Position numbers and translations under genes: made by a program. DNA of 38,904 nucleotides from Bacilli bacterium (GTDB taxonomy: Bacteria > Bacillota_I > Bacilli_A > RF39 > UBA660): contig JAVWDK010000001.1 of NCBI GenBank assembly GCA_036642175.1, forward strand, positions 1 to 38,904. Reading direction: 5' to 3'. Below the pieces are notes generated by a model that saw nothing but the letters and a program-made list of their open reading frames with translations, searched no databases and was not told the origin of the DNA. Below, piece by piece: positions 18,384 to 30,100 of this stretch. Positions within the stretch are counted from its first letter, which is position 1, and every line of letters begins with the position of its first letter.

Positions 18384-19235
18384 TTATGCCTTGTTTTTAC
18401 TGCCTAATATTTCTATTTTATTGATAACAGCATTTTTAAGTGCTAATTCACCTGATTTTATTATTTTTCTTGGATCATATACTTTAACATCATTATCAAG
18501 AAATTTTCGCACTTCATTAGTCCAAATTATTTGCAATTCGGTATTTATATTAAGCTTATTTATCCCACAACTGATTGCTTTTTTTATTAATTCATCTGAA
18601 ATGCCAGTCCCTCCATGTAAAACTAAAGGAATTTGTAATTCTTGACTAATTTGTAGCATACGATCCATTGCTAATTTTGGTTCGCCATTATATAATCCAT
18701 GAACACTTCCTAAAGCTGGAGCTAAAAAATCTATGTTAGTATTTTCATAAAACATCTTTGCTTCCTTAACATTAGTATATAAAATCTCATTAATAACACC
18801 ATCTTCTACTCCACCAATATGACCTATTTCTCCTTCTACAGTAACATTAAAAGGATGGGCGTAATTAACAACTTTTTTTGTCAAATAGATATTATCTTCT
18901 AATGAATATTTAGAGGCATCTATCATTACAGAAGTAAAACCAGCATCAATTGCTTTTTTACAACTTTCATAAGATGTTCCATGGTCTAAATGAAGAGCAA
19001 CATCAACCGTTATGCTTAAATCTCTAATTAATGATTTCACTACATTAACAACAACATGATAACCACCAAAATATTTAATTGCTCCCTCAGATACTCCTAA
19101 AATAATAGGACTTCTTACACTTTCACTTGCCTCTAGTATGAATTTTGTCCATTCTAAATTATTAATATTAAAATGAGGAACACAGTATTTTTCCTTACAA
19201 GCTTTAAGTAACATTTTATTCATATTTACTAACAT
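18384..19235 (-). CDS. fba: Class II fructose-1,6-bisphosphate aldolase
   Basis: It reads MLVNMNKMLLKA ... PHFNINNLEW ... ALHLDHG ... LVLHGGTGI. The ORF-track start at 19244 is a GTG. The ATG at 19233-19235 aligns with the FbaA N-terminus. Confidence 0.9.
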   Translation of the reverse strand: MLVNMNKMLLKACKEKYCVPHFNINNLEWTKFILEASESVRSPIILGVSEGAIKYFGGYHVVVNVVKSLIRDLSITVDVALHLDHGTSYESCKKAIDAGFTSVMIDASKYSLEDNIYLTKKVVNYAHPFNVTVEGEIGHIGGVEDGVINEILYTNVKEAKMFYENTNIDFLAPALGSVHGLYNGEPKLAMDRMLQISQELQIPLVLHGGTGISDELIKKAISCGINKLNINTELQIIWTNEVRKFLDNDVKVYDPRKIIKSGELALKNAVINKIEILGSKNKA

Positions 19236-19368
19236 ATTCTTCACCCTATTTTAATTATATAATACTTTTAAAACATTTAAAAGGATAATAACAAAAAAAA
19301 TGCTCTCTATACAGAAAATATAACACATAAAGTCTTTTAATATAAAAAAAACTAAAATTATTATAACT

Positions 19369-19719
19369 TTAAGTTTTTTCATTATTTAAAATATCTTGAC
19401 GCAATTTAATAACTTCTTCTTTTAACTTTTTAACTTCCAAATACAAATCTTTTTCTTCTAATTCCTTACTAATACCAGAATTTTGCTTTCTTTTTTGTTT
19501 AACTGTTACTCCTTGGGCATTAACAGTCAAAATTACTTGTCCTAATAATTCAAAAAAATTACCTAAAGAATTTTGCTGATTAATAGTCAAAGTTGGTGAT
19601 ATTATAAATCCTATAATTGTTGCGATACTTGTAAATTCATAAGGATTTAAAGAAAAAAGCCAATTGGAAAAAGATGGAAAATCACTATTGATAAAATCTT
19701 GAAACTCTTTTGTATTCAT
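19369..19719 (-). CDS. Hypothetical protein (central hydrophobic segment plus charged coiled-coil tail)
   Basis: 116-aa ORF between ftsH and fba. It has a hydrophobic core (FTSIATIIGFIISPTL ... LGNFFELLGQVILTV) followed by KQKRKQ ... KKLKEEVIKLRQDIL. I recognise no family with confidence. Confidence 0.5.
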   Translation of the reverse strand: MNTKEFQDFINSDFPSFSNWLFSLNPYEFTSIATIIGFIISPTLTINQQNSLGNFFELLGQVILTVNAQGVTVKQKRKQNSGISKELEEKDLYLEVKKLKEEVIKLRQDILNNEKT

Positions 19720-19780
19720 ATTAACTCTCTTTTAATTATATTATTTTTACTCATAAATATTACAAAAAAAAGAACGTTTT

Positions 19781-21772
19781 TTATTCGTCTTTTAAATGCT
19801 TTAATAACTCTTCTTTACTCATTTTAGAATAACCTTTAATTTTTTGCTCTTTAGCTAAATTTTTTAATTCCTCTAAATTCAAATCTTTTAAAGATAATTC
19901 TTTAAAATCACTATCATCAATTTCACCATCTTCATCTGGTAAACATTTGTTTTTAACTAAATAATCAATTTCTTCTTTAGTTAAAGTTTCTTTTTCAATC
20001 AATGTTTCAGCAATTAAATTAAGTAAATCAATATTATCTGAAAGAATTTTTTTAGTGACATCATATTGCATTCCAACAATTTTTCTTACTTCTTGGTCAA
20101 TTTCAAAAGCCACTTGACTCGAAAAATTCCTTGATTTATTATAATCTCTACCTAAAAATACACTTGATTCTTGATGTTCAAATTGAACTGGTCCTAAACT
20201 ACTCATTCCATATTCAGTAACCATTGCTCTAGCTATTTTAGTTGCTTTTTCAAAGTCATTATGTGCTCCTGTTGTTACTTCATTAAATATCAATTCTTCA
20301 CTTACTCGACCACCAAGTAAACCACTAATAGTTTCTAGCAGTTCGTTTTTTGTTGTCAAATAAGTTTCTTCCTTAGGAAGCATTAAATTATATCCTCCAG
20401 CATTACCTCGTGGAATAATAGTAATCTTTTGTACATCATTAGCACCATCTAATTTAATACCAACAACTGCATGTCCAGCTTCATGAAAAGCTACTAATCT
20501 TTTTTCTTTTTCAGTATATTTATGGCTTTTTTTAGCTGGGCCCATTAGTACACGATCATGTGCTTCGTCAATATCAACCATTGCAATTGCATTTCTATCT
20601 TTTCTAACTGCTAAAAGGGCAGCTTCATTTAATAAATTTTCCAAGTCAGCACCACTAAAACCAACTGTTCTTTTAGCCACATTAGCTAATTTTATTCCTT
20701 TAGCAAATATTTTATTCTTAGCATGAACTTCAAGTATTTCTTCTCTTCCCTTAACATCTGGCAAATTAACTGTAACTTGTCTATCAAATCTACCTGGTCT
20801 AAGTAATGCAGGATCTAATACATCAGGACGATTAGTAGCAGCAATAATAATAATTCCTTCATTTGCACCAAAACCATCCATTTCAGTTAATAATTGATTT
20901 AAAGTTTGCTCACGTTCATCATGTCCGCCACCTAGTCCAGCACCTCTTTGACGTCCTACCGCATCTATTTCATCAATAAAAATCAAACAAGGAGCAGTAT
21001 GCTTAGCCTGTTTAAACATATCTCTTACACGACTAGCACCAACACCTACAAATAATTCCACAAATTCAGAACCACTTATAAAATAAAATGGTACATTAGC
21101 CTCACCAGCTACAGCTTTTGCAAGCAAAGTCTTTCCTGTTCCAGGAGGACCAACTAACAAAACTCCCTTTGGAATACGAGCACCAAGTCTTGTAAATTTC
21201 TTAGGACTCTTTAAAAAATCTATTAACTCACTTAGTTCTTCTTTTTCTTCATCTAAACCTGCTACTTGTTTAAAAGTAACTTTATTTTCATCATTATTTA
21301 AACGAGCTTTGCTTCTACCAAAATCCATTGATTTATTAGCAGTTCCACCCATTTGTCTAGTAATAAAGAAAAATGCAAAACCAACTAATAATAATGTTGG
21401 CAATAGTCTTACCATAAAAATTAAAAACCAACTTGACTCTGGATCATTTATTGTTGTAAGAGCAATACTATGCTCATCTGCAATATCCAAAATTCTATTA
21501 ATTACTTCATCTGATAAAGGTACAGTTAAACTAAAAGTTTCATTCTTTCCATAACCTTCTAATTTTCCTGTTATTTCATATACACTGGCACTCTTCTTAG
21601 GAATTATATTTAACTCCGTAATTTCTGAAGCATTAGCAAATCCCATAAATTCATCATAACTTAACTGATTAACTTTTTGATTTAATATACTAAAAAAGAA
21701 AACTATTCCTGATAGTATCATAATTAAAGCCAAATATGGCAATAACCCCTTTTTTATTTTGTTTTTATTCAT
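19781..21772 (-). CDS. ftsH: ATP-dependent zinc metalloprotease FtsH
   Basis: 663 aa with two N-terminal TM helices and Walker A GPPGTGKT. Walker B is IIFIDEIDA-type ([11 protein letters not shown]). The SRH region and the zinc site HEAGHAV are present. An extra C-terminal tail is described in the findings. Confidence 0.97.
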   Translation of the reverse strand: MNKNKIKKGLLPYLALIMILSGIVFFFSILNQKVNQLSYDEFMGFANASEITELNIIPKKSASVYEITGKLEGYGKNETFSLTVPLSDEVINRILDIADEHSIALTTINDPESSWFLIFMVRLLPTLLLVGFAFFFITRQMGGTANKSMDFGRSKARLNNDENKVTFKQVAGLDEEKEELSELIDFLKSPKKFTRLGARIPKGVLLVGPPGTGKTLLAKAVAGEANVPFYFISGSEFVELFVGVGASRVRDMFKQAKHTAPCLIFIDEIDAVGRQRGAGLGGGHDEREQTLNQLLTEMDGFGANEGIIIIAATNRPDVLDPALLRPGRFDRQVTVNLPDVKGREEILEVHAKNKIFAKGIKLANVAKRTVGFSGADLENLLNEAALLAVRKDRNAIAMVDIDEAHDRVLMGPAKKSHKYTEKEKRLVAFHEAGHAVVGIKLDGANDVQKITIIPRGNAGGYNLMLPKEETYLTTKNELLETISGLLGGRVSEELIFNEVTTGAHNDFEKATKIARAMVTEYGMSSLGPVQFEHQESSVFLGRDYNKSRNFSSQVAFEIDQEVRKIVGMQYDVTKKILSDNIDLLNLIAETLIEKETLTKEEIDYLVKNKCLPDEDGEIDDSDFKELSLKDLNLEELKNLAKEQKIKGYSKMSKEELLKHLKDE

Positions 21773-21787
21773 TAAAATTCTTCCTCC

Positions 21788-23113
21788 TTAATAATACTTA
21801 AGTATTATATCATACTTTTCTTCTTTTGTTCTATCGAATTTAGATTTTTTAAGTCCAGGTAACCAAACAATATCCCCATTTGAATCAATAACAACCGGCC
21901 ATATATCTCTTTCTTTTAATGGTATCTTACTATCAATAAATATATCATTAATTTTTTTTCTACCTAACATACCTTTTACATACATTTTATCCCCATTTTG
22001 TCTGTTTCTAATATGTAGTGGTAATTTTACTAAAGAACTATCTAACCGACAAATAAAATTATTATCAATGTTTGATTTACTAACAATTTCGATATTCATC
22101 CCATTAACTAAATTAGCATAATCACATAACTCAATTTCATATAAATTATCTTTTGGCTCAATTTTAGCTAATACTAAAGTATCATATTCTTTAATTGCTT
22201 TAATATTATTAGGTAAATGAATTATTGAATTAGTTCTTTTTGAATTAATTAATTCATATATTAATTCTGCATGACTATCTGTTATTAACATTAAATCATC
22301 CAAATATATTTGTTCTAAAATATAATAAATAACTTTCATTTGAATAATATGCTCTAATTTATTAAATTCTTCTATATTAAGAACATTTTGTGGGTATACT
22401 TTCTTTATAATTTTGCTGACTTGTTTATCAATATATTCATTATATTCTAATAGAGTAGTACTAAATTTATAAAATTTTTTATGAACATTTATATCTTCTT
22501 TTTTTAATTGAGGAACAATATATTTTCGAAAACGATTTCTTGTATAAACATCATTAATATTTGATTTATCTTCAACACATCTTAAATTGTTGTTTTTCAA
22601 ATATAAAATAATTGCTGACTTTGTTACATTAATCAAAGGTCTTAAAACAATATAATTGTCCATAGAAACCATTTTTGAAAATCCACTATATCCTCTTAAC
22701 GTTGAACCTCTAACAAGACGCATTAGAATAGTTTCAATTAAATCATCACCATGATGGGCCGTTAATAAATACTTTGCATTATATTTTTTAACAACTTGCC
22801 CAAAATAATAATATCTTTTACTTCTTGCTTCATTATGAAAATTATCGTCGCCATAATTTTCTATTTTCATATATTCAAAAATTATATTGTTGTTAGCACA
22901 ATATCTTTCCACAAAAACTTTTTCATCAGCACTTTCTTTTCTAACGTTATGATTTACATGAGCACAAATAACTTTTAAATCAATGGCTTTTTTTAGTCTT
23001 ACTAAAAGATGTAATAAAGCCATTGAATCTGGTCCACCAGAAACACCGACAACAATACTATCATTATATTTTAATCCAACTTCTTCTAATAAATAATTAT
23101 AAGCTTCTTCCAT
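21788..23113 (-). CDS. tilS: tRNA(Ile)-lysidine synthetase
   Basis: 441 aa with the PP-loop VGVSGGPDSMALLHLL. It lies upstream of ftsH, as in Bacillus, but without an intervening hprT. Confidence 0.9.
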   Translation of the reverse strand: MEEAYNYLLEEVGLKYNDSIVVGVSGGPDSMALLHLLVRLKKAIDLKVICAHVNHNVRKESADEKVFVERYCANNNIIFEYMKIENYGDDNFHNEARSKRYYYFGQVVKKYNAKYLLTAHHGDDLIETILMRLVRGSTLRGYSGFSKMVSMDNYIVLRPLINVTKSAIILYLKNNNLRCVEDKSNINDVYTRNRFRKYIVPQLKKEDINVHKKFYKFSTTLLEYNEYIDKQVSKIIKKVYPQNVLNIEEFNKLEHIIQMKVIYYILEQIYLDDLMLITDSHAELIYELINSKRTNSIIHLPNNIKAIKEYDTLVLAKIEPKDNLYEIELCDYANLVNGMNIEIVSKSNIDNNFICRLDSSLVKLPLHIRNRQNGDKMYVKGMLGRKKINDIFIDSKIPLKERDIWPVVIDSNGDIVWLPGLKKSKFDRTKEEKYDIILKYY

Positions 23114-23117
23114 ATTA

Positions 23118-23771
23118 TCACTCCCATTTTATTTCTTTTTTATTTAAACTTTTTAAAATTTGATTAGTTTTTGAAAATGGTTTACTACCAAAAAAACCTC
23201 GATTAGCCGATAATGGCGATGGATGAACTGATTCAATTATATAATGATTTTTATTAGTAATATATTTTTTTTTACTACGTGCAAAATTTCCCCATAATAT
23301 AAAAATAATAGGTTCACTCCGTTTATTTAATTTTTTAATTATTTCATCAGTAAATATTTCAAAGCCAAATCCTTTATAAGACAAAGGCTTTCCTGCTTCA
23401 ACCATTAAAATGCTATTCAAAAGTAAAATTCCCGACTTTGCCCAGCTAGTTAAATCATTAGTTTTCTTTACTATACCTAAATCATTATACAATTCTTTAA
23501 AAATATTGTTTAGGGATTGTGGTCGTCTCACGTCATTACCAGCAGAAAACGATAATCCATGAGCCTGATTTTGTTCATGATAAGGATCTTGTCCCAAAAT
23601 AACAACAGTTACATTTTCATAAGAAGTAAGTTTTAAAGCATTAAATATTTCTTCATATTTAGGATATATTATTTTGCTTTGATATTCTTTTTTTACCATA
23701 TTCAATAAATTTATAAAATAAGGTTTTTCAAATTCATCTTTCAAAATTTCATCCCACTTATTATTTATCAT
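23118..23771 (-). CDS. ung: Uracil-DNA glycosylase (family 1)
   Basis: It has the motifs GQDPYH, the GVLLLN-type ILLLNS, and HPSPLSA. The preferred start is MINNKWDEIL at 23769-23771, preceded by AGGAGGGG (23774-23781). Confidence 0.9.
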   Translation of the reverse strand: MINNKWDEILKDEFEKPYFINLLNMVKKEYQSKIIYPKYEEIFNALKLTSYENVTVVILGQDPYHEQNQAHGLSFSAGNDVRRPQSLNNIFKELYNDLGIVKKTNDLTSWAKSGILLLNSILMVEAGKPLSYKGFGFEIFTDEIIKKLNKRSEPIIFILWGNFARSKKKYITNKNHYIIESVHPSPLSANRGFFGSKPFSKTNQILKSLNKKEIKWE

Positions 23772-23819
23772 AACCCCTCCTATCTTTATAACATATTTTA
23801 TCATTTTTTATAAAAATAG

Positions 23820-24647
23820 TTAAATACTATTAGCTATATCAACAAATATTTTAATGCTTAGTTGCTCCGCTCTTACACTTAAATCATAATTATATTTTTT
23901 TAAAACATCACTAATTATATTTAAATCATAATTAATTAAATTATTTCTAATATTTTTTCGTTTTTGCTTAAAACTATCCCTTATTAATTTAAAAAATATT
24001 TCTTTATCTTTTAAATATAACTTACTTTCCTTTTTACTAAATTCTACTACAATACTATCAACATTTGGTTTTGGAATAAAAACATTTTTACTAACATCCA
24101 TTATTTTATTTACATTAAAATAGTAATTTAGAAAAACAGATAAAGAACTGTAATCTCTGCTATTAGGCTGCGCTTTAAAACGATTTCCAACTTCTTTTTG
24201 AACCATAACAACAATTTTATCTACATCGATATCATCTTCTATTAATTTAACAATAATTGGTGTTGTTATATAATAAGGCAAATTAGCAACCACATATAAT
24301 TTATTATAAATATACTTTTTTAAATCATCTTTAACACTTCTTTTTAAAAAGTCATCATAAATAATTTCAACATTTTTAGTGTTTTTTAAATTATTATTTA
24401 AAATAGTTGCTAGAGTTGCGTCTATTTCATAAGTTAATACTTGTTTTGAAACAAGTGCTAATTTATATGTTAAAGATCCTGCTCCAGCACCTATTTCGAT
24501 AACTAAAGTATCTTTATCAATATTAGTTCTATTTATTATATTCGTAATTGTATTTTCATCAATGATAAAATTCTGTCCAAACTTTTTTTTAAAAAGAAAA
24601 TTGTTTTTATTTAATTCTTCATTCATTTTTTTCGGTGAATATTCCAT
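23820..24647 (-). CDS. rsmA: 16S rRNA (adenine1518/1519-N6)-dimethyltransferase
   Basis: 275 aa with KKKFGQNFIIDEN, the SAM site EIGAGAGSLT and VANLPYYITTPII. Confidence 0.92.
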   Translation of the reverse strand: MEYSPKKMNEELNKNNFLFKKKFGQNFIIDENTITNIINRTNIDKDTLVIEIGAGAGSLTYKLALVSKQVLTYEIDATLATILNNNLKNTKNVEIIYDDFLKRSVKDDLKKYIYNKLYVVANLPYYITTPIIVKLIEDDIDVDKIVVMVQKEVGNRFKAQPNSRDYSSLSVFLNYYFNVNKIMDVSKNVFIPKPNVDSIVVEFSKKESKLYLKDKEIFFKLIRDSFKQKRKNIRNNLINYDLNIISDVLKKYNYDLSVRAEQLSIKIFVDIANSI

Positions 24648-24667
24648 AATTCCACTTCCTATTTAAA

Positions 24668-24695
24668 ATTATACTATATTAATGTAATATTTCAA
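24668..24695 (-). promoter_or_regulatory. Candidate sigma-A-type promoter for rsmA
   Basis: The minus strand reads TTGAAA (24695-24690), a 16-nt spacer, then TATAAT (24673-24668). This lies about 20 nt upstream of the AGGAAGTGG ribosome-binding site and the ATG at 24647. Confidence 0.45.
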
Positions 24696-24747
24696 ACATT
24701 AGTTAAAACATTTAGAGTAATCTTTTTAAATATAAGAAAAAAGATGA

Positions 24748-25437
24748 TTACCAACCCCATCTTTTAACAGTAAAATTTGTTTTTTTATTAGTAATTGAAT
24801 GAACTAGTGATTCCTTTTCAAACGCCATATCAATAAGTATCCAGCCAGAATCAAAAGCTTTTCTCATTCCACCACCAGTATCTAAAACAACACCTATTTC
24901 TTTATTAAAAACCTCATTATTAATTTCAATAATTGTTCCACATGGAAATTCTCGATGGTCAGCCGATAAAATTCGCACTTTACCAAATTCCTCATCATCA
25001 TAATAAATTCCATCATTAATTAAACTATGAGTTGTTTTTTTCTTTGTATAACAATTAACATTCCCAACTGAGCTACATCCTACACAATCTGGGCCATATC
25101 CTGTAAGCATTCCTGTATATAAACCAGTTTTACCACTACCTATTTCAATAACTTCTGTAATTGGTTCTACTAAAACAACTTCCTTTTTTCCGTCATTATA
25201 AGCAACACCACTAACACCTTTAGTTATTATTTCTTCATGCGTTTTAGGTAAATTTCTATCATATACATATTCTGTTTTATAATCTATAACAATACTATTA
25301 TAAGAAACATTCTTATTTTTAGCATCATTTATGATAACATTTTCAATAGTTTTATATCCAAAATTAAATAAAGAAACAACAAAAACTAAACCAATTCCCA
25401 TCCATTTCCCAATTAAATTTAATAAACATAAATTCAT
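24748..25437 (-). CDS. G5 plus 3D (MltA/RlpA-like) domain cell-wall protein, YabE-like
   Basis: It has an N-terminal anchor and a G5-like segment (TEYVYDRNLPKTHEEIITKGVSGV ... VIEIG). The C-terminal 3D-type segment reads GTIIEINN ... GVVLDTGGGMR. It lies between tatD and rsmA, where B. subtilis has yabE. Confidence 0.7.
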   Translation of the reverse strand: MNLCLLNLIGKWMGIGLVFVVSLFNFGYKTIENVIINDAKNKNVSYNSIVIDYKTEYVYDRNLPKTHEEIITKGVSGVAYNDGKKEVVLVEPITEVIEIGSGKTGLYTGMLTGYGPDCVGCSSVGNVNCYTKKKTTHSLINDGIYYDDEEFGKVRILSADHREFPCGTIIEINNEVFNKEIGVVLDTGGGMRKAFDSGWILIDMAFEKESLVHSITNKKTNFTVKRWGW

Positions 25438-25464
25438 TTCTTCACCTCATTGACACTTAAAATT

Positions 25465-26229
25465 TTAGCATAATTTTTTATCTAAGTCAAATTGATAAAT
25501 TGCATTATTAGTTGTTGCTGAAATAACTTCTTCACAAGAAATTTTCTTAATTAAAGCAATTTCTTGTGCTACATAAATAATATTATATGGTTCATTTTTT
25601 GTACCTCTTAAAGGAACTGGAGCTAAATAAGGACTATCAGTTTCTAAAAGTAGATACTTCAAATCAATATTTTTAACAACATTTTTTAAAATTTTACTGT
25701 TTTTAAAAGTTAAAACACCACCAATGCCAAGCATTGCATTCATCTCAATAAATAAAAAAGCCATTTCTAAACTAGAACTGTAGCAATGAATATCTATTTT
25801 TATATTATTATTTTTATATTGTTTTAATATATTATATGTATCATTTATGGCATCGCGACTGTGAATAACCATTGTCTTATTATATTTATTAGCTAGCTTA
25901 ATTTGTCTTATAAAAACTTCTTTTTGTTTTTCTTTATTACAATCATAATGATAATCTAAACCAATTTCTCCAATTCCAACTATTTTTTTATTATTCATGT
26001 TATCTGCAATAAAATTAAAAGATTCTTCAGTAATTAATTCAACTTCACTGGGGTGAATTCCGATAACACCATAAATATTATCATAGTTATTAATTAAATT
26101 AATAACTTGTCTATTTTCTATATCATTTGTCCCACTTACAATTATTATATTATCTTTCATTTTTTTTATTACTTCATCAATATTATCATTAATATTTAAA
26201 TGTGCGTGCGTATCAATCAAATTTATCAC
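25465..26229 (-). CDS. tatD: TatD-family metal-dependent hydrolase/DNase (YabD)
   Basis: 254 aa with LIDTHAHL, GEIGLDYHY, VIHSRDA and LLETDSPYLAP. Confidence 0.9.
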   Translation of the reverse strand: MINLIDTHAHLNINDNIDEVIKKMKDNIIIVSGTNDIENRQVINLINNYDNIYGVIGIHPSEVELITEESFNFIADNMNNKKIVGIGEIGLDYHYDCNKEKQKEVFIRQIKLANKYNKTMVIHSRDAINDTYNILKQYKNNNIKIDIHCYSSSLEMAFLFIEMNAMLGIGGVLTFKNSKILKNVVKNIDLKYLLLETDSPYLAPVPLRGTKNEPYNIIYVAQEIALIKKISCEEVISATTNNAIYQFDLDKKLC

Positions 26230-26243
26230 CTAAAAAGATTATA

Positions 26244-26432
26244 TCACATATCGATATAATCCTTTTGCTTTTTTTTGATTATTAAATATCTAAAATAGAA
26301 TATAGAAGATAATATCAAATAAATTAAATCATAAATATTAAATACTTTAAACAAATTATAAATTATAATACCCGATACTACAACAAACAAAATGGTTGCT
26401 ACAACAACTTCTTTTCTTATGCTGTCACACAT
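26244..26432 (-). CDS. Small hypothetical membrane protein (2 TM)
   Basis: 62-aa ORF with two hydrophobic helices and a basic tail. It has its own upstream gap. I recognise no family. Confidence 0.4.
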   Translation of the reverse strand: MCDSIRKEVVVATILFVVVSGIIIYNLFKVFNIYDLIYLILSSIFYFRYLIIKKKQKDYIDM

Positions 26433-26541
26433 ATTATATTTTTCTCCTTTTTCTTACTATTAAAGTGTAACATCTGGCATTTGTAAATACAATAAATTGT
26501 GTATGTTATAATTCGACATTTTACAACATTTTACATGTTTT

Positions 26542-27075
26542 TTAAATTATTAGCTGTTTTTCTAAAAAACTTGATACTATTTTTATGATTTTAACATCTA
26601 TATCATTGACTTTTTCTTCAGCAGATAAAATAATAATTAATCCTACAGCATCTCCATTAACAATTATTGTATTAATAATGTAAGTGCATTCTAAACATTT
26701 TTCCTTAATAATACATAAATCTTTTGTGTGATGTTCAAAGATACATTCTCTTCTTTTTATTGATTCAAGCATATTATCACTTAGTTCTTGATTTAAAAGT
26801 TCTTTTTTTAAGTCTCCAGATGCAGCTATAATCTTATCTACATCGGTTATAATAATGTTTTTTTTTATAAAGCCATAAATTGCATCAGTAAAGTTTTGTG
26901 CATAATTAGCAATTTTACTCATTATCATGTGTTTTTTTAAAATAATATTTTCTTCATTATCAATCATTATTTCCATATTTTCTCCATCATGAATGCGTAA
27001 ATTAGTTCTAATTTCTTTTGGAATAACAATTCTACCAAGTTCATCAATTCTTCTAACAATTCCCGTTATTTGCAT
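26542..27075 (-). CDS. spoVT: Stage V sporulation protein T (AbrB/SpoVT-type regulator with GAF-like C-domain)
   Basis: MQITGIVRRIDELGRIVIPKEIRTNLRIHDGENMEI matches the swapped-hairpin N-domain of SpoVT. The length from this ATG (27073-27075) is 177 aa. It lies directly downstream of mfd, as in B. subtilis. Confidence 0.85.
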   Translation of the reverse strand: MQITGIVRRIDELGRIVIPKEIRTNLRIHDGENMEIMIDNEENIILKKHMIMSKIANYAQNFTDAIYGFIKKNIIITDVDKIIAASGDLKKELLNQELSDNMLESIKRRECIFEHHTKDLCIIKEKCLECTYIINTIIVNGDAVGLIIILSAEEKVNDIDVKIIKIVSSFLEKQLII

Positions 27076-27128
27076 AAAAAAATCCCTACTTTCTAACAAT
27101 TATTTTGTTAAAAAACAAGAATTTTATA

Positions 27129-30100
27129 CTAACATTTTTGTAATAAAGACATCAAATCAATTAAATAGTAAATAAAATGCTTTTCTAAATTAATTAAGTT
27201 TAATGTTATTATTAAATATTTACCTCGCATAGAAAATTTAAAATTTCTACTTATATTACTAACATTCACAAATAATTGTGTTACTTTGATTTTTTTAAAT
27301 AATTCATCAGGAATAATAATTTCAATTTCTCTATTAGTTTGTTTAATATTTTTTATTTCTAATCGACCTGCTAATTTTTCAAAAAGTTCTTCGTACATGT
27401 AAATTTCCATATCTTCTGTAATTTTGCCAAAACGATCAAGTAATTCTTTAGTTACACTATTTAATTTATCAATAGAATCTATTGTATTAATTATTTTATG
27501 AATTTCAATTTTTAAGTCTTCATCACTTACAACTTTATCATCTATATTAGTTGCAACGGTTAACAATGGTTGTGTATCTTCTACACTATCAGTTTCAATG
27601 CCTTTTTTTCTGTTTATTTCGTCATTTAGCATTTCCATAAATAGTTCAATTCCAACTGAATCAACAAATCCAGCTTGCTCGCTTCCTAATATGTCACCAG
27701 CACCTCTTATTGATAAATCACGCATGGCGATGGAAAATCCACTTCCTAACTCAGTAAATTCTTTAATAGCATTCAATCTCTTAACAGCAATTTCATTTAG
27801 CACTTTATTTTTATTATACATTAAATAACAATAAGCAATCTTGTTACTCCTACCAACACGACCTCTTATTTGATAAAGCTGAGATAACCCAAAACAATCA
27901 GCATCTATAATTATTAATGTATTAACGCTAGGAATATCGATTCCAGTTTCAATAATAGTTGTGCAAAGTAAAATATCATATTCTTTATTAATAAATTTCT
28001 CCATGACAATTTCTAATTGATCTTTATCCATTTTTCCATGAGCAATTACAATCTTGGCACTTGGTACAAGTTTTTGTATTTCTATCTGCTTAGAAATCAT
28101 GTCATTGATTTTATTATAAAGAATAAAAATCTGTCCTTCTCGTGATAATTCCTTATAAATAGCATCTTTTATGATTTGTGTGTTTTCTACCAAAACATAA
28201 GTTTGAATAGGATATCTATTGACTGGTGGTGTTTCAATTAAAGATAAATTTCTAACTCCCGTTAAAGACATCTGTAAAGTTCTTGGAATTGGTGTTGCTG
28301 ACAAAGTTAAAACATCAACATTATTTTTATATTTTTTAATCTTTTCTTTATGCTTAACTCCAAAACGCTGTTCTTCGTCTATAACTAATAATCCTAAATT
28401 TTTAAAATCTACATCATTACTTAAAATTCGATGTGTTCCAATCAACAAATCAATTTTTCCTAATTTGACATTATCCAATATTTCTTTTACTTTTTTTCTT
28501 GATGTAAAACGATTTAAAAAAGCAATATTAACAGAAAAATTTTTAAATCTTTCTATTGCATTTTGATAATGTTGTTTAGATAAAATTGTAGTTGGGCATA
28601 AAAGTGCTGTCTGTTTATTTGATAAAATTGCTTTAAAAATTGCACGAAAAGCAACTTCTGTTTTTCCATAGCCAACATCCCCACATAACAAGCGGTCCAT
28701 CGGATGAATATTTTCCATATCTTTTTTAATTTCTTTGATTACTTTTAATTGATCTTCTGTTTCAGCATATTCAAAATCATTTTCAAATTCTCTTTGCATT
28801 TCAGTATCTTTATCAAAAGCAAATCCAATAACACTTTCCCTTGCTGCATAAAGTTCTAATAATTCACACGCAATATCTTCAATTTTTCTGCTAACGCGTT
28901 GTCTTGTTTTTTGCCATTCTAAGCTATTAAGTCGGCTAAGATTAGGAGCCATACCACCATTTGATGAATATTTATGAATTAATTCTATTTTTTCAACAGG
29001 AATGTATAATTTATCATCGCCCTTATATTGAATATGTAAATAATCCTTTTTTAAACCATTTTTTTCTAATATCTTTATCCCACAATATCTACCAATTCCA
29101 TAAATTGAATGAACAACGTAATCTCCAATTATTAATTTTCCTGTGTTTTTGATTTTTGTTCCTATTTTGAAATTAGTTTTATATTTAAAATTACTTACTT
29201 TAGATTTAAATAAATCATTCTCACTTACTACAATATAATTTTGAAAATAAAATCCTTTATTAACATTTTTCTTAATAATATTAATTCTATTTTCAAATAT
29301 TTCATCTTCAGTTGTTAAAATGACACTTTTATTATCTAGTTCTCGTTCCAACTTTCTTATTCTTATATTATCTTGTAAACAAATAATGACTGTTCGATTT
29401 TTTATAAATTTGTTTAAATTTTTATTAATTTCTTCATAATTTTCACCTAAATAGTCAAGTTCTTTAGTTTCATAATTTACCGTTTCCAAATTTTTTAATG
29501 AATTATCAAAAGACTGAAAATATAATTCCTGACTATTTAAAATTTCATAAAAATCATTCATATAAATTGTCTTGTTAGAAATATTTAAACTAATATTATA
29601 TTCAAATATTTCATTTAAAAGCGACTTATAACTACTAGATAAAGCACTATAATCATTGAAAAAAACAGTACTTTTATATAAATTGCTTATGTTGGTAATA
29701 GATGTATATTTATAAAGATTTTTTTGTTTCATTTCTTCAAATGATACTTCTTTATTAGCAATAAATTCAGTATTAGAAAAAATTTCGATTTTTTCTATCT
29801 CTTTTAAAGATAATTGATTATCTATATTAAAATAGCGAATTGATTCAATTTCATCTCCCCAATATTCTATCCTGATAGGATTTTCCTCGAATAAAGGAAA
29901 AATATCAACAACATATCCTCTTACTGCTATTTCACCAGTTTTATTTACTACTGCTTCACGGTGATAACCAATATTATATAATTTTTTTACTAATTCTTCA
30001 ATTTTTATACTTTCATTTTTTATCAAAGTAATAAAATTGTTTTTATAATCTTTTATTGTCGGTAAAAATCTTAAATACCCCATTAAATTAGTAACAACAA

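Noticed and set aside
26512-26518. Spo0A box (TGTCGAA on the minus strand) upstream of the small membrane ORF, just after spoVT
   Set aside because: It is a single 7-mer with no second box or phasing. Several such matches are expected by chance in 39 kb on two strands.
26517-26536. Tandem 10-mer ACATTTTACA x2 immediately downstream of the spoVT stop
   Set aside because: There are only two copies in very AT-rich DNA, and I could tie them to no hairpin or known operator. Simple slippage or chance explains them.
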